The notes under the pieces are model-generated. The model was not told where the DNA came from and ran no database searches. It saw only the letters and a program-made list of their open reading frames with translations. Made by a program: the position numbers and the translations under genes. DNA of 64,000 nt, taken from positions 1,166,963 through 1,230,962 of the forward strand of contig CAVQCJ010000002.1 of assembly GCA_963711005.1 (NCBI GenBank). Reading direction: 5' to 3'. The DNA comes from an uncultured Actinomycetota bacterium. Lineage in GTDB: Bacteria; Actinomycetota; Actinomycetes; Prado026. This document shows positions 47,261-57,339 of this stretch, in pieces. Each line of letters opens with the position of its first letter. Position 1 is the stretch's first letter.

Positions 47261-49744
47261 TCAGCTGACCGGAGCGGTGGCCAGGTCGTTGGTGCAGCGC
47301 AGCACGGGGGGGGTCAACGCCTCGCCGTCCAGCGTGAGGCCGGTCTCGACCCGCAGCGTCACGGTCTCCCCGGGCAGCACCGTCAGCAGCGCGTCGCTGA
47401 CGGTGCTGCCCGGGTCCAGCCGGTCGACGAACAGGCACAGGTCGCGCAGCAGGCTCCGCGCGCGGATGCGCACGTCGCAGCCACCCTCGCGGGGCACCAC
47501 CTCGACGTCGTACCGAGGCCCGGGCAGCGCCAGGTCCAGGTCTTCGACGTACCACCAGAAAGCCGTGCGCTCGTCGCACACCGCCCGCAGCAGCTCGCGG
47601 GTGGGATCGCCGGGCTGCGTGAGCCGCTCGGGCAGCTCGATCCGCACGGCGCCGAACGCCGGGCACTGCACCGGTTCGTTGTGGGACGCCAGGCAGCGGC
47701 CGTCCATGCCGAGGCGGTCCACCCGGAGCACGCCGGACCACGCAGCCCTGGTGTCGTTGACGAGCACCGCGCCGAGACGGCCGTCCTGCGGCTGCACGGT
47801 CAGCAGCCGATCGGCGTAGGAACGCCGCAGCGCGTACCACGCCGGCTTGGGGCGGCCGCCGGAGTCGACGAGCGACCAGGAGACCGCCGGCCAGCAGTCG
47901 TTCAGCTGCCACCACACAGTGCCCATGCACCGCGGGCGCTGGGACCGGAAGTGCTCGACCCCCACGGTCAGCGCCCTGGCCTGGTTGACCTGGGTCAGGT
48001 ACAGCCAGTCGTCGAACGAGCTGATGACCCCGAAGTGCGTACGCAGGCCGCGGCGCAGCTTCGCGTCGCCGTCGAGGGCCTTCTGATGGGCCGCCAGCCC
48101 GGTCGAGCTCGCGGTCAACGGGTCGTCGTGGATCGAACCGGCCAGCGTCGCCCACGCAGCCGGCGCCTGGTAGCCGAACTCCGCGACGAAGCGGGGACGA
48201 TAGCTGCGGTAGTGCAGGTAGTCCACGTCGTTCCACACGTCCCAGATGTGCAGCGGGCCGTGGTCGGGGTCGTTGGCCCGCAGGTCCGGCGACCCGGAGT
48301 AGGGACTGCCGGGCCAGTAGGGCCGGGTCGGGTCCACCCGCGCGACCACGTCGGGCAGGACGTCCAGGTAGAAACCGCGGCCCCAGGTCCGCGACCCGAC
48401 CTGCTCGCGCCAGCCCCAGTCGTCCCACCCCCACCAGTTCTCGTTGTTGCCGTTCCAGAGCACCAGGCTCGGATGGGGCATGAGCCGCGCGACGTTCTCG
48501 GCTGCCTCCGCGGCCACCTCCCGGTCGTACGGCGGCTCCTGCGGGTACGCCGCGCAGGCGAACAGGAAGTCCTGCCAGACCAGCACGCCGAGCTCGTCGC
48601 AGACGTCGTAGAAATCGTCGTCCTCGTAGATCCCGCCGCCCCAGACCCGGACCAGGTTCGCGCCGGCATCCACCGCGCGCCGGACCCGCAGCTCGTAGCG
48701 GGGCCGGTCGACCCGGTGCGGGAAGGGATCGTCCGGGATCCAGTTCACCCCGCGGGCGAACACCGGCTGGTCGTTGACCACGAGCGTGAACGCGCGACCG
48801 GTGCCGTCGCCGGACGTGTCCAGGCGGACGTCGCGCAGGCCGATCCGGCGAGACCACGAGTCGAGCACCTCGTTGTCGCGCAGCAGGCAGACGGCCAGGT
48901 CGTAGCGGGCCGGCTCGCCCAGGTCGTGCGGCCACCACAGCACCGCGTCCGGGACGTCGAGCTCGACCGATGCCACGTCGCCGGTGGTGTCCACGCTGAC
49001 GCGCGAGTCGTGCCCGTGGCCGTGCACGCGGGCGTGCAGGGTCAGCGGCGCCCCGTCGAGCGGCCCGGCCCGCTGCAGGTCGACGTGCACCGTGACCCGG
49101 CCCCGGCCGGCCTCGACTCCCACGAGCGGGCGGACCCGGTCCATCCGCGCGACCGACCAGCTCTCCAGCGCCACTGGCCGCCAGATCCCGCACGTGACCG
49201 TGGCCGGCCCCCAGTCCCACCCGAAGCTGCACGCCATCTTCCGGATCAGGTTGAACGGGCTGCCCGCGTACGCGCTCGGGAGCCCGCCGTGGTCGGCTGC
49301 GGCGGCCGCGGTGTACGACCAGGCCGACGTGAAGTCGACCGTCAGCTCGTGCGGGCCGGGCGTGAGCAGGTCGGTGACGTCGTAGCGGTAGCTGCGGTGC
49401 ATGTTGGCGGAGGTGCCCAGCACGGTGCCGTCCAGGGCCACCTCGGCCACGGTGTCGAGGCCGGCGAAGACCAGGTCGTGCCGCACGTCGGACGGGAAGT
49501 CGGCCCGCTCCGGACCCTGGACCGAGGTGCGGTAGCGCCAGTCGGTCCGGCCCACCCACGCCGTCGCGGGCTCGTTCTCGTCGACGAGCGGGTCGGCGAG
49601 CAGCCCCGCGGCCATCAGGTCGGTGTGCACGCAGCCGGGCACCGAAGCCGGGACCCACCGCCGGTCCACCTCCGCCGGCGTCTGCCCCTGGCCGGGCCGG
49701 GCCTGCACGGTCCAGCCGTCGTGCAGCAGTCGCCGTGAGGTCAC
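47261..49744 (-). CDS. GH2 beta-mannosidase (no signal peptide)
   Basis: LWNGNNENWWGWDDWGW (acid/base), FVAEFGYQA (nucleophile). The GTG start overlaps the upstream permease stop. Confidence 0.9.
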   Translation of the reverse strand: MTSRRLLHDGWTVQARPGQGQTPAEVDRRWVPASVPGCVHTDLMAAGLLADPLVDENEPATAWVGRTDWRYRTSVQGPERADFPSDVRHDLVFAGLDTVAEVALDGTVLGTSANMHRSYRYDVTDLLTPGPHELTVDFTSAWSYTAAAAADHGGLPSAYAGSPFNLIRKMACSFGWDWGPATVTCGIWRPVALESWSVARMDRVRPLVGVEAGRGRVTVHVDLQRAGPLDGAPLTLHARVHGHGHDSRVSVDTTGDVASVELDVPDAVLWWPHDLGEPARYDLAVCLLRDNEVLDSWSRRIGLRDVRLDTSGDGTGRAFTLVVNDQPVFARGVNWIPDDPFPHRVDRPRYELRVRRAVDAGANLVRVWGGGIYEDDDFYDVCDELGVLVWQDFLFACAAYPQEPPYDREVAAEAAENVARLMPHPSLVLWNGNNENWWGWDDWGWREQVGSRTWGRGFYLDVLPDVVARVDPTRPYWPGSPYSGSPDLRANDPDHGPLHIWDVWNDVDYLHYRSYRPRFVAEFGYQAPAAWATLAGSIHDDPLTASSTGLAAHQKALDGDAKLRRGLRTHFGVISSFDDWLYLTQVNQARALTVGVEHFRSQRPRCMGTVWWQLNDCWPAVSWSLVDSGGRPKPAWYALRRSYADRLLTVQPQDGRLGAVLVNDTRAAWSGVLRVDRLGMDGRCLASHNEPVQCPAFGAVRIELPERLTQPGDPTRELLRAVCDERTAFWWYVEDLDLALPGPRYDVEVVPREGGCDVRIRARSLLRDLCLFVDRLDPGSTVSDALLTVLPGETVTLRVETGLTLDGEALTPPVLRCTNDLATAPVS

Positions 49745-50613
49745 TGCTTCACGGCGCCCTCCATGATGCCGGTGACCAGCTGCTTGCCAGCGATGAAGAA
49801 CAGGACCACCAGCGGGATCGTCGCGAGCAGCGCGCCCGCGAGCACGTGCGAGTACACGATGAACTGGCCCGAGGCCAGGTTGCTGAGCGCGACCTGGACG
49901 GTGGGCTGGCTGCCCTGGCTCAACGTGACCAGCGGCCACTGGAAGTCGTTCCAGGTCGCCAGGAACGTGAGCAGACCGAGCACGCCGAGCGCCGGACGGA
50001 TGGCCGGCAGGACGATGCTCGCGTAGATCCGCACGGTCGACGCCCCGTCGACCCGCCCGGACTCGATCAGCTCGTCCGGCACGGCGCCGATGATGTACTG
50101 GCGCATGTAGAACACGCCGAACGCCGTGACCAGACCGGGCACGATCACCGAGACCAGCTGGCCCGTCCAGCCCAGCTTGGTCATCAGGATGAACAGCGGC
50201 ACGATGCCCAGCTGCGGCGGCACGGCGAGCGTCGCGAGCAGGACGACCAGCAGCACGTTGCGGCCCTTGAACCGCAGCTTGGCGAACGCGAAGCCGGCCA
50301 GCGAGCAGAAGAACAGCACGGACGCGCTGACCACCGTGGCGACGATCACCGTGTTGACCAGCGACTGGATGAAGTAGATGTTGTCCTGGGAGAAGACGTT
50401 CTTGATGTTGTCCATCAGGTGCGAGCTCGGCAGCAGGCTCGGTGGGATGTTGGCGAGCTCCTCGTCGGTGCTGGTGGCGACGATGAACATCCAGTAGAGC
50501 GGGAACGCGAACAGCAGCAGCGTCACCACCAGGACGGCGTACGTGAGCCAGCCGGCGGGGGTGTCGGACGGCGCCCGGCCCATGCGCTTGGCCACGCTGT
50601 GCTTCGCGGTCAT
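49741..50613 (-). CDS. Carbohydrate ABC transporter permease
   Basis: MalG-like, 6 TMS. ATGA overlap with the upstream permease. Confidence 0.9.
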   Translation of the reverse strand: MTAKHSVAKRMGRAPSDTPAGWLTYAVLVVTLLLFAFPLYWMFIVATSTDEELANIPPSLLPSSHLMDNIKNVFSQDNIYFIQSLVNTVIVATVVSASVLFFCSLAGFAFAKLRFKGRNVLLVVLLATLAVPPQLGIVPLFILMTKLGWTGQLVSVIVPGLVTAFGVFYMRQYIIGAVPDELIESGRVDGASTVRIYASIVLPAIRPALGVLGLLTFLATWNDFQWPLVTLSQGSQPTVQVALSNLASGQFIVYSHVLAGALLATIPLVVLFFIAGKQLVTGIMEGAVKQ

Positions 50614-51617
50614 TCGCGGTTCCCCACCCGGCTCGACAGGAGCCCGTTGAAGGCCGCGACCAGCACGATGATGAGGAACAGGATCCAGGCCATCGCGGAC
50701 GCGTAGCCCAGGTTGAGGTCCTTCCACGCCACCTTGTAGATCAGCATGGCGACTGTCTGGAACTGACCGTCCGACCCGCCGGTCGCGGTGGCCGGGTTCT
50801 CGTCGAACAGCAACGGCTCGGTGAACAGCTGCAGGCCCCCGATCGTGCTCAGCACGATCGTGAACAGGATGGCCGGCCGGATCAACGGCACCGTGATGCT
50901 CCGGAACTGTCGCCAGTACCCGGCGCCGTCCAGGGCGGCGGCCTCGTAGAGATCGCGTGGCACGGTCTGCATCGCCGCCAGGTAGATCAACGTGTTGTAG
51001 CCGATCCAGCGCCAGTTGACCATCGCGGAGATCGCCAGCCAGGACGACCAGCGGTCGGCGTGCCAGTCCACCGGGCCCAGGTGCACCAGCGACAGGACGT
51101 AGTTGGCCAGGCCGGTGTCCCGGGCGAACACGAAACCGAACACCAGCGTCGAGGCGGCGATCGGCGTGACGTACGGCAGCAGCACACCCATCCGGAACGT
51201 GGTCTGGGCTCGCAGCCTGCGGTTGAGCAGCCCGGCGAGGACCAGCGCCACCAGCAGCTGCGGGCCGCTGGAGAGGACGAAGATCCCGAACGTGTTGACC
51301 AGAGCCTTGACGAAGTCGCCGTCGGCGATGACGCGTCGGTAGTTGTCGAGCCCGGCCCAGCCGTCTGCCGTGGGGTCGTCCAGCTTCCAGGTGCGGAGGG
51401 AGACCACGAGGTTGTACGCGAGCGGGAAGATCCCGAACACCGCGAACAGCACGAAGAACGGGGAGATGAGCAGGTAGGGCGTGTACTTGATGTCGAAGCG
51501 GCTCAGCCGCGACCGCCAGGCAGAACGCTGGGGCGGCCGCGAGCGGGCTGGGCCGGCGGGGAGGTCGTCGCTCGAGAGCTGCTCGGTCGGCAGGCCCGCC
51601 CCCTGATCGAGCGACAT
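50610..51617 (-). CDS. Carbohydrate ABC transporter permease
   Basis: MalF-like, with EAA loop LYEAAALDGAGYWRQFRSITVPL. Confidence 0.9.
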   Translation of the reverse strand: MSLDQGAGLPTEQLSSDDLPAGPARSRPPQRSAWRSRLSRFDIKYTPYLLISPFFVLFAVFGIFPLAYNLVVSLRTWKLDDPTADGWAGLDNYRRVIADGDFVKALVNTFGIFVLSSGPQLLVALVLAGLLNRRLRAQTTFRMGVLLPYVTPIAASTLVFGFVFARDTGLANYVLSLVHLGPVDWHADRWSSWLAISAMVNWRWIGYNTLIYLAAMQTVPRDLYEAAALDGAGYWRQFRSITVPLIRPAILFTIVLSTIGGLQLFTEPLLFDENPATATGGSDGQFQTVAMLIYKVAWKDLNLGYASAMAWILFLIIVLVAAFNGLLSSRVGNRE

Positions 51618-51732
51618 GCGAACTCCCTGCGGTTCGTCGCGGTGGCGCCGGGACTGTGCAGATGCCCGGTCCGTGCCCCGCCTGGCTTCCTGCGGGGCAC
51701 GGACCGGCGTCGCCGGAGGTTAGTCCAGACCG

Positions 51733-53025
51733 TTACGAGCTCGCTGCCTTGGCAGCGTCGACCTGGGCCTTGGCCCATCCCGCATCGGCGCTGATCTTCC
51801 CTTGCTGGACGAGGGTCAGGTCGTTCTCGACAGCGACCCTGACCGCCCCGCTCTTACGTCCCAGGTACTGCGGCTTCAGGTTCTGCGCGGTCTTCGGGAA
51901 GATCACGCCCACCGGCGCGTTGCTGAAGAACGGGTTCTTGAAGTCGAGCATGGCCGGGTCGGTCCACAGTGCGGGCTGCGAGGGCAGGTTGCCCACGGCC
52001 TTGAAGATCGCGATCTGCTGCTCGGGCTGCACCAGCCACTGCACGAAGGCGTAGGCCGCTGCGATGTTCTTGCCCTGCTTGGGGATCGTCCAGAACGAGC
52101 CGCCCCAGTTGCCGCCGCCGCCCGGGATCTGGGCGATGTCCCACTTGCCGCTGGTGTTGGGCGCCTGGCCCTGGATGTAGCCCTGCATCCATGCGGGGCA
52201 GGCCAGCACGGCGAACGCACCGTTCTTGAACGCGGCGTTCCACTGCGGGGTGAAGGCGTTCAGGTTCGCCGAGAGACCGTCCGAGACCGTCTGCGTGGAG
52301 ACGCCCCAGGCGACCTTGGGCCCACCGTCCATCGCGAGCTGCTCGTTCGTGTCGATGTAGCCGACGGGCTGCTGCGCGAGCACCGGGTTCATGATGTTGG
52401 TCGCAGAGTCGACGAACTTCTTGCCGCCCGCCTTGGCCACGTACTGCTTGCCCACGTTGATGAAGTCGTCCCAGGTCGGCCACAGTGCCGAGACCGCGTC
52501 CCGGTCCGTCGGCAGGCCGGCCGCCTTGAACAGGTCGGCGCGGTAGCACATCGCCAGGCCGCCGACATCGGTGCCCAGACCGATCTGCTCGCCCTTCGGG
52601 CCGAGGGTCTCCGCCCACTTCCAGTCCAGGTACTTGCTCTGGTACGAGCCGGCGCCCAGGGACTTCAGGTCGACGAACTTGTCGGCCTGGTTGCGGAACT
52701 GGACCGCGAAGCCCTCGTCGATGGCCGAGATGTCGGGGGCTCCCGACCCGGCCACCAGGAACTTCTGCAGGTTCTGGTGCTGCTGGTTGTAGTCGCCGGA
52801 GTTCTCGACGATCGTGACGTTCGGGTGCGCCTTCTCGTAGATCGGGATCAGGGCCTTCAGCCCGAAGTCACCCCAGTCGTTGATCTTCAGGGTGACCGGC
52901 CCGGTCGGCGCGGCGGTGGATGAGCTGGAGCTGCTGGTTGTGCCACTGCAAGCAGCCAGCAGCACGAGGCTGGTGACAGCCCCGACGGCAGCCACGCAGA
53001 TCGAGCGAGACCGAGACCGATTCAT
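51733..53025 (-). CDS. Carbohydrate ABC transporter substrate-binding lipoprotein
   Basis: Lipobox LLAACSG. Family-1 SBP length and composition. Confidence 0.85.
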   Translation of the reverse strand: MNRSRSRSICVAAVGAVTSLVLLAACSGTTSSSSSSTAAPTGPVTLKINDWGDFGLKALIPIYEKAHPNVTIVENSGDYNQQHQNLQKFLVAGSGAPDISAIDEGFAVQFRNQADKFVDLKSLGAGSYQSKYLDWKWAETLGPKGEQIGLGTDVGGLAMCYRADLFKAAGLPTDRDAVSALWPTWDDFINVGKQYVAKAGGKKFVDSATNIMNPVLAQQPVGYIDTNEQLAMDGGPKVAWGVSTQTVSDGLSANLNAFTPQWNAAFKNGAFAVLACPAWMQGYIQGQAPNTSGKWDIAQIPGGGGNWGGSFWTIPKQGKNIAAAYAFVQWLVQPEQQIAIFKAVGNLPSQPALWTDPAMLDFKNPFFSNAPVGVIFPKTAQNLKPQYLGRKSGAVRVAVENDLTLVQQGKISADAGWAKAQVDAAKAASS

Positions 53026-53317
53026 AGCCCGTCTTCCCTCCGGGTCCGTGGAAGCGCTCCCAAGGATGGGTGCCCGCTTAAAATGGCCCACCCTGCTGAG
53101 GCTGTCAATCATCTGATTGTCACGATGTGGTCACGCTCTCACGAAGTACGCTCGTCCGGGGGTCGGAACGGAGCCTCGGCCCGATTGTGCTGCTCCGGCC
53201 CGGTTCGAGCGTCCCGTGAACCCGCGGCGGTCGGAATCGGTACCGTGGCGATACACGGCTGTCACACTCGTCGACTCGGCCCGCCGAGGCTGGCCGCCCG
53301 ACCGGGAGGGACCGACT

Positions 53318-54346
53318 GTGCCAGCAGAACGCGAGGCCACGCAGGTCGCGACCCTGGAGCTCGTGGCAGCCCGGGCCGGGGTCTCCCGGGCAACGGCGAG
53401 CCGCGTGCTGAACGGTTCCCCCAAAGTCAGCCCGAGCGCGTTCGAGGCGGTCACCCGGGCCGCGGGCGAGCTGCGCTACCGGCCCAACCGGGCCGCCCGC
53501 TCCCTGGTCACCCGGCGGACCGACTCCATCGCCATCGTCGTGACCGAGCCGGACGAGCGGCTGTTCAACGACCCGTACTTCGCGACCATCCTGCGCGGTG
53601 CCCACGACGAGCTGGCCGCCCGGGACATCCAGCTGGTCCTGGTGTTCGCGTCCGACCAGCGGGACCGGCAGCGGCTCGAGCAGTTCGCCACCGGCCACCA
53701 CGTCGACGGCGTGGTGCTGATCTCGCTGCACGGCTCCGACCCGTTGCCGATGCACCTCGAGAAGCTCGGGGTTGCGGTGGTGGTACAGGGGAAACCGGTC
53801 AAGGACGCCGACACGGTGCACTACGTGGACACCGACAACCGCGGCGGCGCCGCCGCGGCCACCCAGCTGCTCATCGACCGGGGCTGCCGCAAGGTCGCCA
53901 CCATCACCGGGCCCCAGGACATGTCGGCCGGACGCGAGCGGCTGGCCGGCTACCGGGCCGCCATGCAGGCATCCGGACGTGGGGTCGACAAGGACTTGGT
54001 GGTCCGCGGCGACTTCACCCGGACCGGCGGCTCACGGGCCATGCGCGCGCTGCTGGACACCGCGCCCGACCTGGACGGGGTCTTCGCAGCCAGCGACATG
54101 ATGGCGCTCGGGGCGCTCAGCGTCCTGCACGGCGCCGGCCGCCGGGTGCCCGAGGACGTCGCCATCGTCGGGTTCGACGACGCGCCGGACTCCGCCACCT
54201 CGGACCCGCCGTTGACGACCGTGCGCCAGCCCATCGCCGAGATGGGCCGTCAGGCGACCCACATGCTGATCGAGCGGTTGGACGGACAGGTGACCCCGCG
54301 CACGATCGTCCTGCCCACCGAGCTGGTGGTCCGCGCCAGCGCCTAG
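53318..54346 (+). CDS. LacI family transcriptional regulator
   Basis: HTH ATLELVAARAGVSRATASRVLNG, followed by a periplasmic-binding-fold domain. GGGAGGG RBS before the GTG. Confidence 0.85.
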   Translation: MPAEREATQVATLELVAARAGVSRATASRVLNGSPKVSPSAFEAVTRAAGELRYRPNRAARSLVTRRTDSIAIVVTEPDERLFNDPYFATILRGAHDELAARDIQLVLVFASDQRDRQRLEQFATGHHVDGVVLISLHGSDPLPMHLEKLGVAVVVQGKPVKDADTVHYVDTDNRGGAAAATQLLIDRGCRKVATITGPQDMSAGRERLAGYRAAMQASGRGVDKDLVVRGDFTRTGGSRAMRALLDTAPDLDGVFAASDMMALGALSVLHGAGRRVPEDVAIVGFDDAPDSATSDPPLTTVRQPIAEMGRQATHMLIERLDGQVTPRTIVLPTELVVRASA

Positions 54347-54514
54347 ACGGTCCCGGCGCGGTGCTTGACAGAGGGACGACCCATTGGTCATCCTCTATCC
54401 GGCTGAGAGCGCTCCCACAGTTGCAGGTCGCGCCCCCGGCCAGGGTCGTCGCAGCAGTCGCCTCCCCGGGTTCTCGCCGAGGACGGAGCCCGAGGAGGTT
54501 CTGGTGGTCACGGC

Positions 54515-55966
54515 ATGAGCAGCACGAGCGTCGACAGCAGCACCGCCCAGGTGCCCGAGCTGCTGCGTTTCCCGACCGGCTTCGTCTGGGGGACCGCGAC
54601 CTCCGCCTACCAGATCGAGGGTGCCGTCGCCGAGGGCGGCCGCACCCCCTCGATCTGGGACACCTTCTCGCACACTCCGGGGGCGATCAGCGCCGGCGAC
54701 ACCGGCGACGTGGCGACCGACCACTACCACCGGTACGCCGAAGACGTCGCGCTGATGGCCGACTTCGGACTGACGGGCTACCGGTTCTCGATGTCCTGGT
54801 CACGCCTGCTGCCGGGGGGCGGCAGCACGGTCAACCGTGCCGGCGCGGACTTCTACTCCCGGCTGGTCGACCGGCTCCTGGAGCGCGGGATCGCCCCGCG
54901 CGTCACGCTCTACCACTGGGACCTGCCGCAGGAGATCGAGGACGCGGGCGGCTGGCCGCACCGCGACACGGCCGACCGCTTCGCCGAGTACGCAGCGGCC
55001 GCGGCCGACCTGCTCGGCGACCGCGTGGTCGACTGGTGCACCCTGAACGAGCCGTGGTGCTCGGCGTTCCTCGGGTACGCCGCCGGCGTGCACGCACCGG
55101 GCCGGCACGACGCCGCCGAGAGCCTGGCCGCCGCCCACCACCTGCTGGTGGGCCACGGGCTGGCCGCGAAGGTCCTTCGTGAGAGCGTTCCCGCGGCCCA
55201 GGTCTCGCTGGCGCTCAACCTGGCCGTGGTCCGGCCCGCGCGCAGCAGCGAGGCCGCCGACCACGAAGCGGTCCGGCGCATCGACGCGCTCGCCAACCGG
55301 CTCTTCCTGGATCCCCTGTTCCGCGGCGAGTACCCCGCGGACCTCATCGAGGACACCTCGGCGGTCACCGACTGGGCGTTCGTCCGGCCCGGCGACCTCG
55401 ACGCCCTCCCGGGGAGCCTGGACGCCCTCGGCGTCAACTACTACCAGCCCACGATCGTCAGCGGCTTCGACGGCGGCACGGCGCGGCTCGAGTTCGACGG
55501 CCACGGCCGTGGCGCCGGCTCGCCCTGGCCGGGAGCGCACAACGTCCAGTTCCCCGAACCGCCTGCGCCGCACACCGCGATGGGGTGGGGGGTGGACGCG
55601 AGCGGGCTGAGCGACCTGCTCCTGCGCCTGCACCGCGAGTACCCCCCGGTCCCGCTCTACATCACCGAGAACGGCGCCAGCTTCGAGGACCGGGTGCTGG
55701 CCGACGGTTCGGTGGACGACAGCCGGCGCACGCAGTACGTGCACCAGCACCTGGCGGCCGTGCACAGCGCGATCGAGCAGGGGGTAGACGTCCGCGGCTA
55801 CTACCTGTGGTCGCTGCTGGACAACTTCGAGTGGGCCTGGGGCTACAAGCAGCGGTTCGGCATCGTGCACGTGGACTTCCCGACCGGCCGGCGGACGCCG
55901 AAGCACAGCGCCGGCTGGTACGCCTCCGTCGCCCGCGCCAACGCAGTACCCGCCTTGAGCAGCTAG
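54515..55966 (+). CDS. GH1 beta-glucosidase
   Basis: [21 protein letters not shown] (acid/base), YITENGA (nucleophile). Confidence 0.9.
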   Translation: MSSTSVDSSTAQVPELLRFPTGFVWGTATSAYQIEGAVAEGGRTPSIWDTFSHTPGAISAGDTGDVATDHYHRYAEDVALMADFGLTGYRFSMSWSRLLPGGGSTVNRAGADFYSRLVDRLLERGIAPRVTLYHWDLPQEIEDAGGWPHRDTADRFAEYAAAAADLLGDRVVDWCTLNEPWCSAFLGYAAGVHAPGRHDAAESLAAAHHLLVGHGLAAKVLRESVPAAQVSLALNLAVVRPARSSEAADHEAVRRIDALANRLFLDPLFRGEYPADLIEDTSAVTDWAFVRPGDLDALPGSLDALGVNYYQPTIVSGFDGGTARLEFDGHGRGAGSPWPGAHNVQFPEPPAPHTAMGWGVDASGLSDLLLRLHREYPPVPLYITENGASFEDRVLADGSVDDSRRTQYVHQHLAAVHSAIEQGVDVRGYYLWSLLDNFEWAWGYKQRFGIVHVDFPTGRRTPKHSAGWYASVARANAVPALSS

Positions 55967-56062
55967 CGCCTCGTTCTGGCTCAAGCCGTTCGGGCGCTTC
56001 GAGGAGAACCCGTCGATCGACGTGCCGCCGTCGCGCTGACGCCGCCGGCTGGGCTACCCCTG

Positions 56063-56380
56063 CTACCCCTGCACGTCGAGCTGCACCGAGAACTCCGTGC
56101 TTGCGGGACCGCTCTCCCAGCTGCGTCGCTCGGCCAGCCGCAGTGCCGTCGACCCGGCCACCAGCACTTCGAAGCCGAGCACGCGCTCACCCGCGCCACC
56201 GCGCGCCTGCTGCTGCGCCGGCTCGTACCGGTCCTCGGCCGCCCGCAGCCGGGTCGCGTCGACGTCGGGCTGCCAGCGGTACCCGGTCGTCGGGCTCTCC
56301 GGCAGGCGCACCGACACGACGTCGCCGACGTGGACGGTGACCGTCCGGCCCGAGTCCGCGGCGGTCAGCTCGGTCGTCAT
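56063..56380 (-). CDS. Chagasin/ICP family (I42) cysteine-peptidase inhibitor, no signal peptide
   Basis: All three chagasin loop motifs are present: ESPTTGYRWQ (NPTTG-like), ARGGAGER (GxGG) and ERRSWES (RPW-like). 105 aa from the ATG at 56380. Confidence 0.75.
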   Translation of the reverse strand: MTTELTAADSGRTVTVHVGDVVSVRLPESPTTGYRWQPDVDATRLRAAEDRYEPAQQQARGGAGERVLGFEVLVAGSTALRLAERRSWESGPASTEFSVQLDVQG

Positions 56381-56521
56381 CTCGGCGCTCACCCCTTCCG
56401 GTCCGGCGCCCGCGGGACGGGCTTGCGGGACACCAAGGAAACCGGCCCACCGATCCGGGTGAAAGCCCCAACTGCGGGATAGGCAGGCCCGTTCACGGAG
56501 AGTACGCTCTCGCAACAGTCA

Positions 56522-57337
56522 GTGACCACGCTGGCGGGGCGTCCTTCGGAGAAGGAGGCGATCGGGGTGACTCGCACTCTGCTCGAGAGCGGTTTCCTGT
56601 ACGAGAAGTACGAAGAGAACCACAGCGCCGGCGTGCGTCTGGGCCGTAACCGATGGCTCGACGGCCGCAGTCTCGCCCACATGGTCGAGAACGACGCTCG
56701 GGAGATGGGCCAGGCCATCGAGAGCAAGCAGTGGCAGCGCATCCTCCCCATCCTCGACCAGGCGAAGCTCGGCTCCTGCACGGGGAACGCCGGCACCGGC
56801 GCCCTCGGCACCGAGCCGCTGTACAGCGCGGTCGGGAAGAGCGTCCTCCCGAAGAGCGGCACGGCCGCGGACGCCGAGGAGTTCGCGATCAAGCTGTACG
56901 AGGACGCCACCGCTGCCGACGGCTACCCGGGCACGTACCCGCCGGAGGACACCGGCTCGTCCGGCCTGGCGATCTGCAAGGTGCTCAAGACGCGCGGGAC
57001 CGTCACCCGCTACCGATGGGCACGTACCCCGCACGGCCTGCTGCGGCTGCTGCAGACGGGCGTGGTCCTGCAGGGCATGCCCTGGTACAACGCGTTCTTC
57101 GACCCCGACCACGACGGGTTCATCGACTCCGACCCCCGGTGGTCCGGAAGCGGCCTCGCCGGCGGCCACGAGGTGGAGTGCGTCGGCGTGGAGGTCGACT
57201 TCACGAACGCGTTCGACAGCGTGCTCCTCTACGCCAACAGCTGGAACACCTCGTGGGGCGACAACGGGTACTTCCGGATGCGCCTGCACACCTACGAACA
57301 GCTCAGCGGCGTCGACCTCAAGCAGCTCATCGCCTGA
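56522..57337 (+). CDS. Papain-like (C1 family) cysteine peptidase, no signal peptide or obvious prodomain
   Basis: Catalytic-triad contexts: QAKLGSCTGNAG (Cys), GGHEVECVG (His), ANSWNTSWGDNGYFRM (Asn-Ser-Trp). Confidence 0.75.
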   Translation: MTTLAGRPSEKEAIGVTRTLLESGFLYEKYEENHSAGVRLGRNRWLDGRSLAHMVENDAREMGQAIESKQWQRILPILDQAKLGSCTGNAGTGALGTEPLYSAVGKSVLPKSGTAADAEEFAIKLYEDATAADGYPGTYPPEDTGSSGLAICKVLKTRGTVTRYRWARTPHGLLRLLQTGVVLQGMPWYNAFFDPDHDGFIDSDPRWSGSGLAGGHEVECVGVEVDFTNAFDSVLLYANSWNTSWGDNGYFRMRLHTYEQLSGVDLKQLIA

Positions 57338-57339
57338 CG

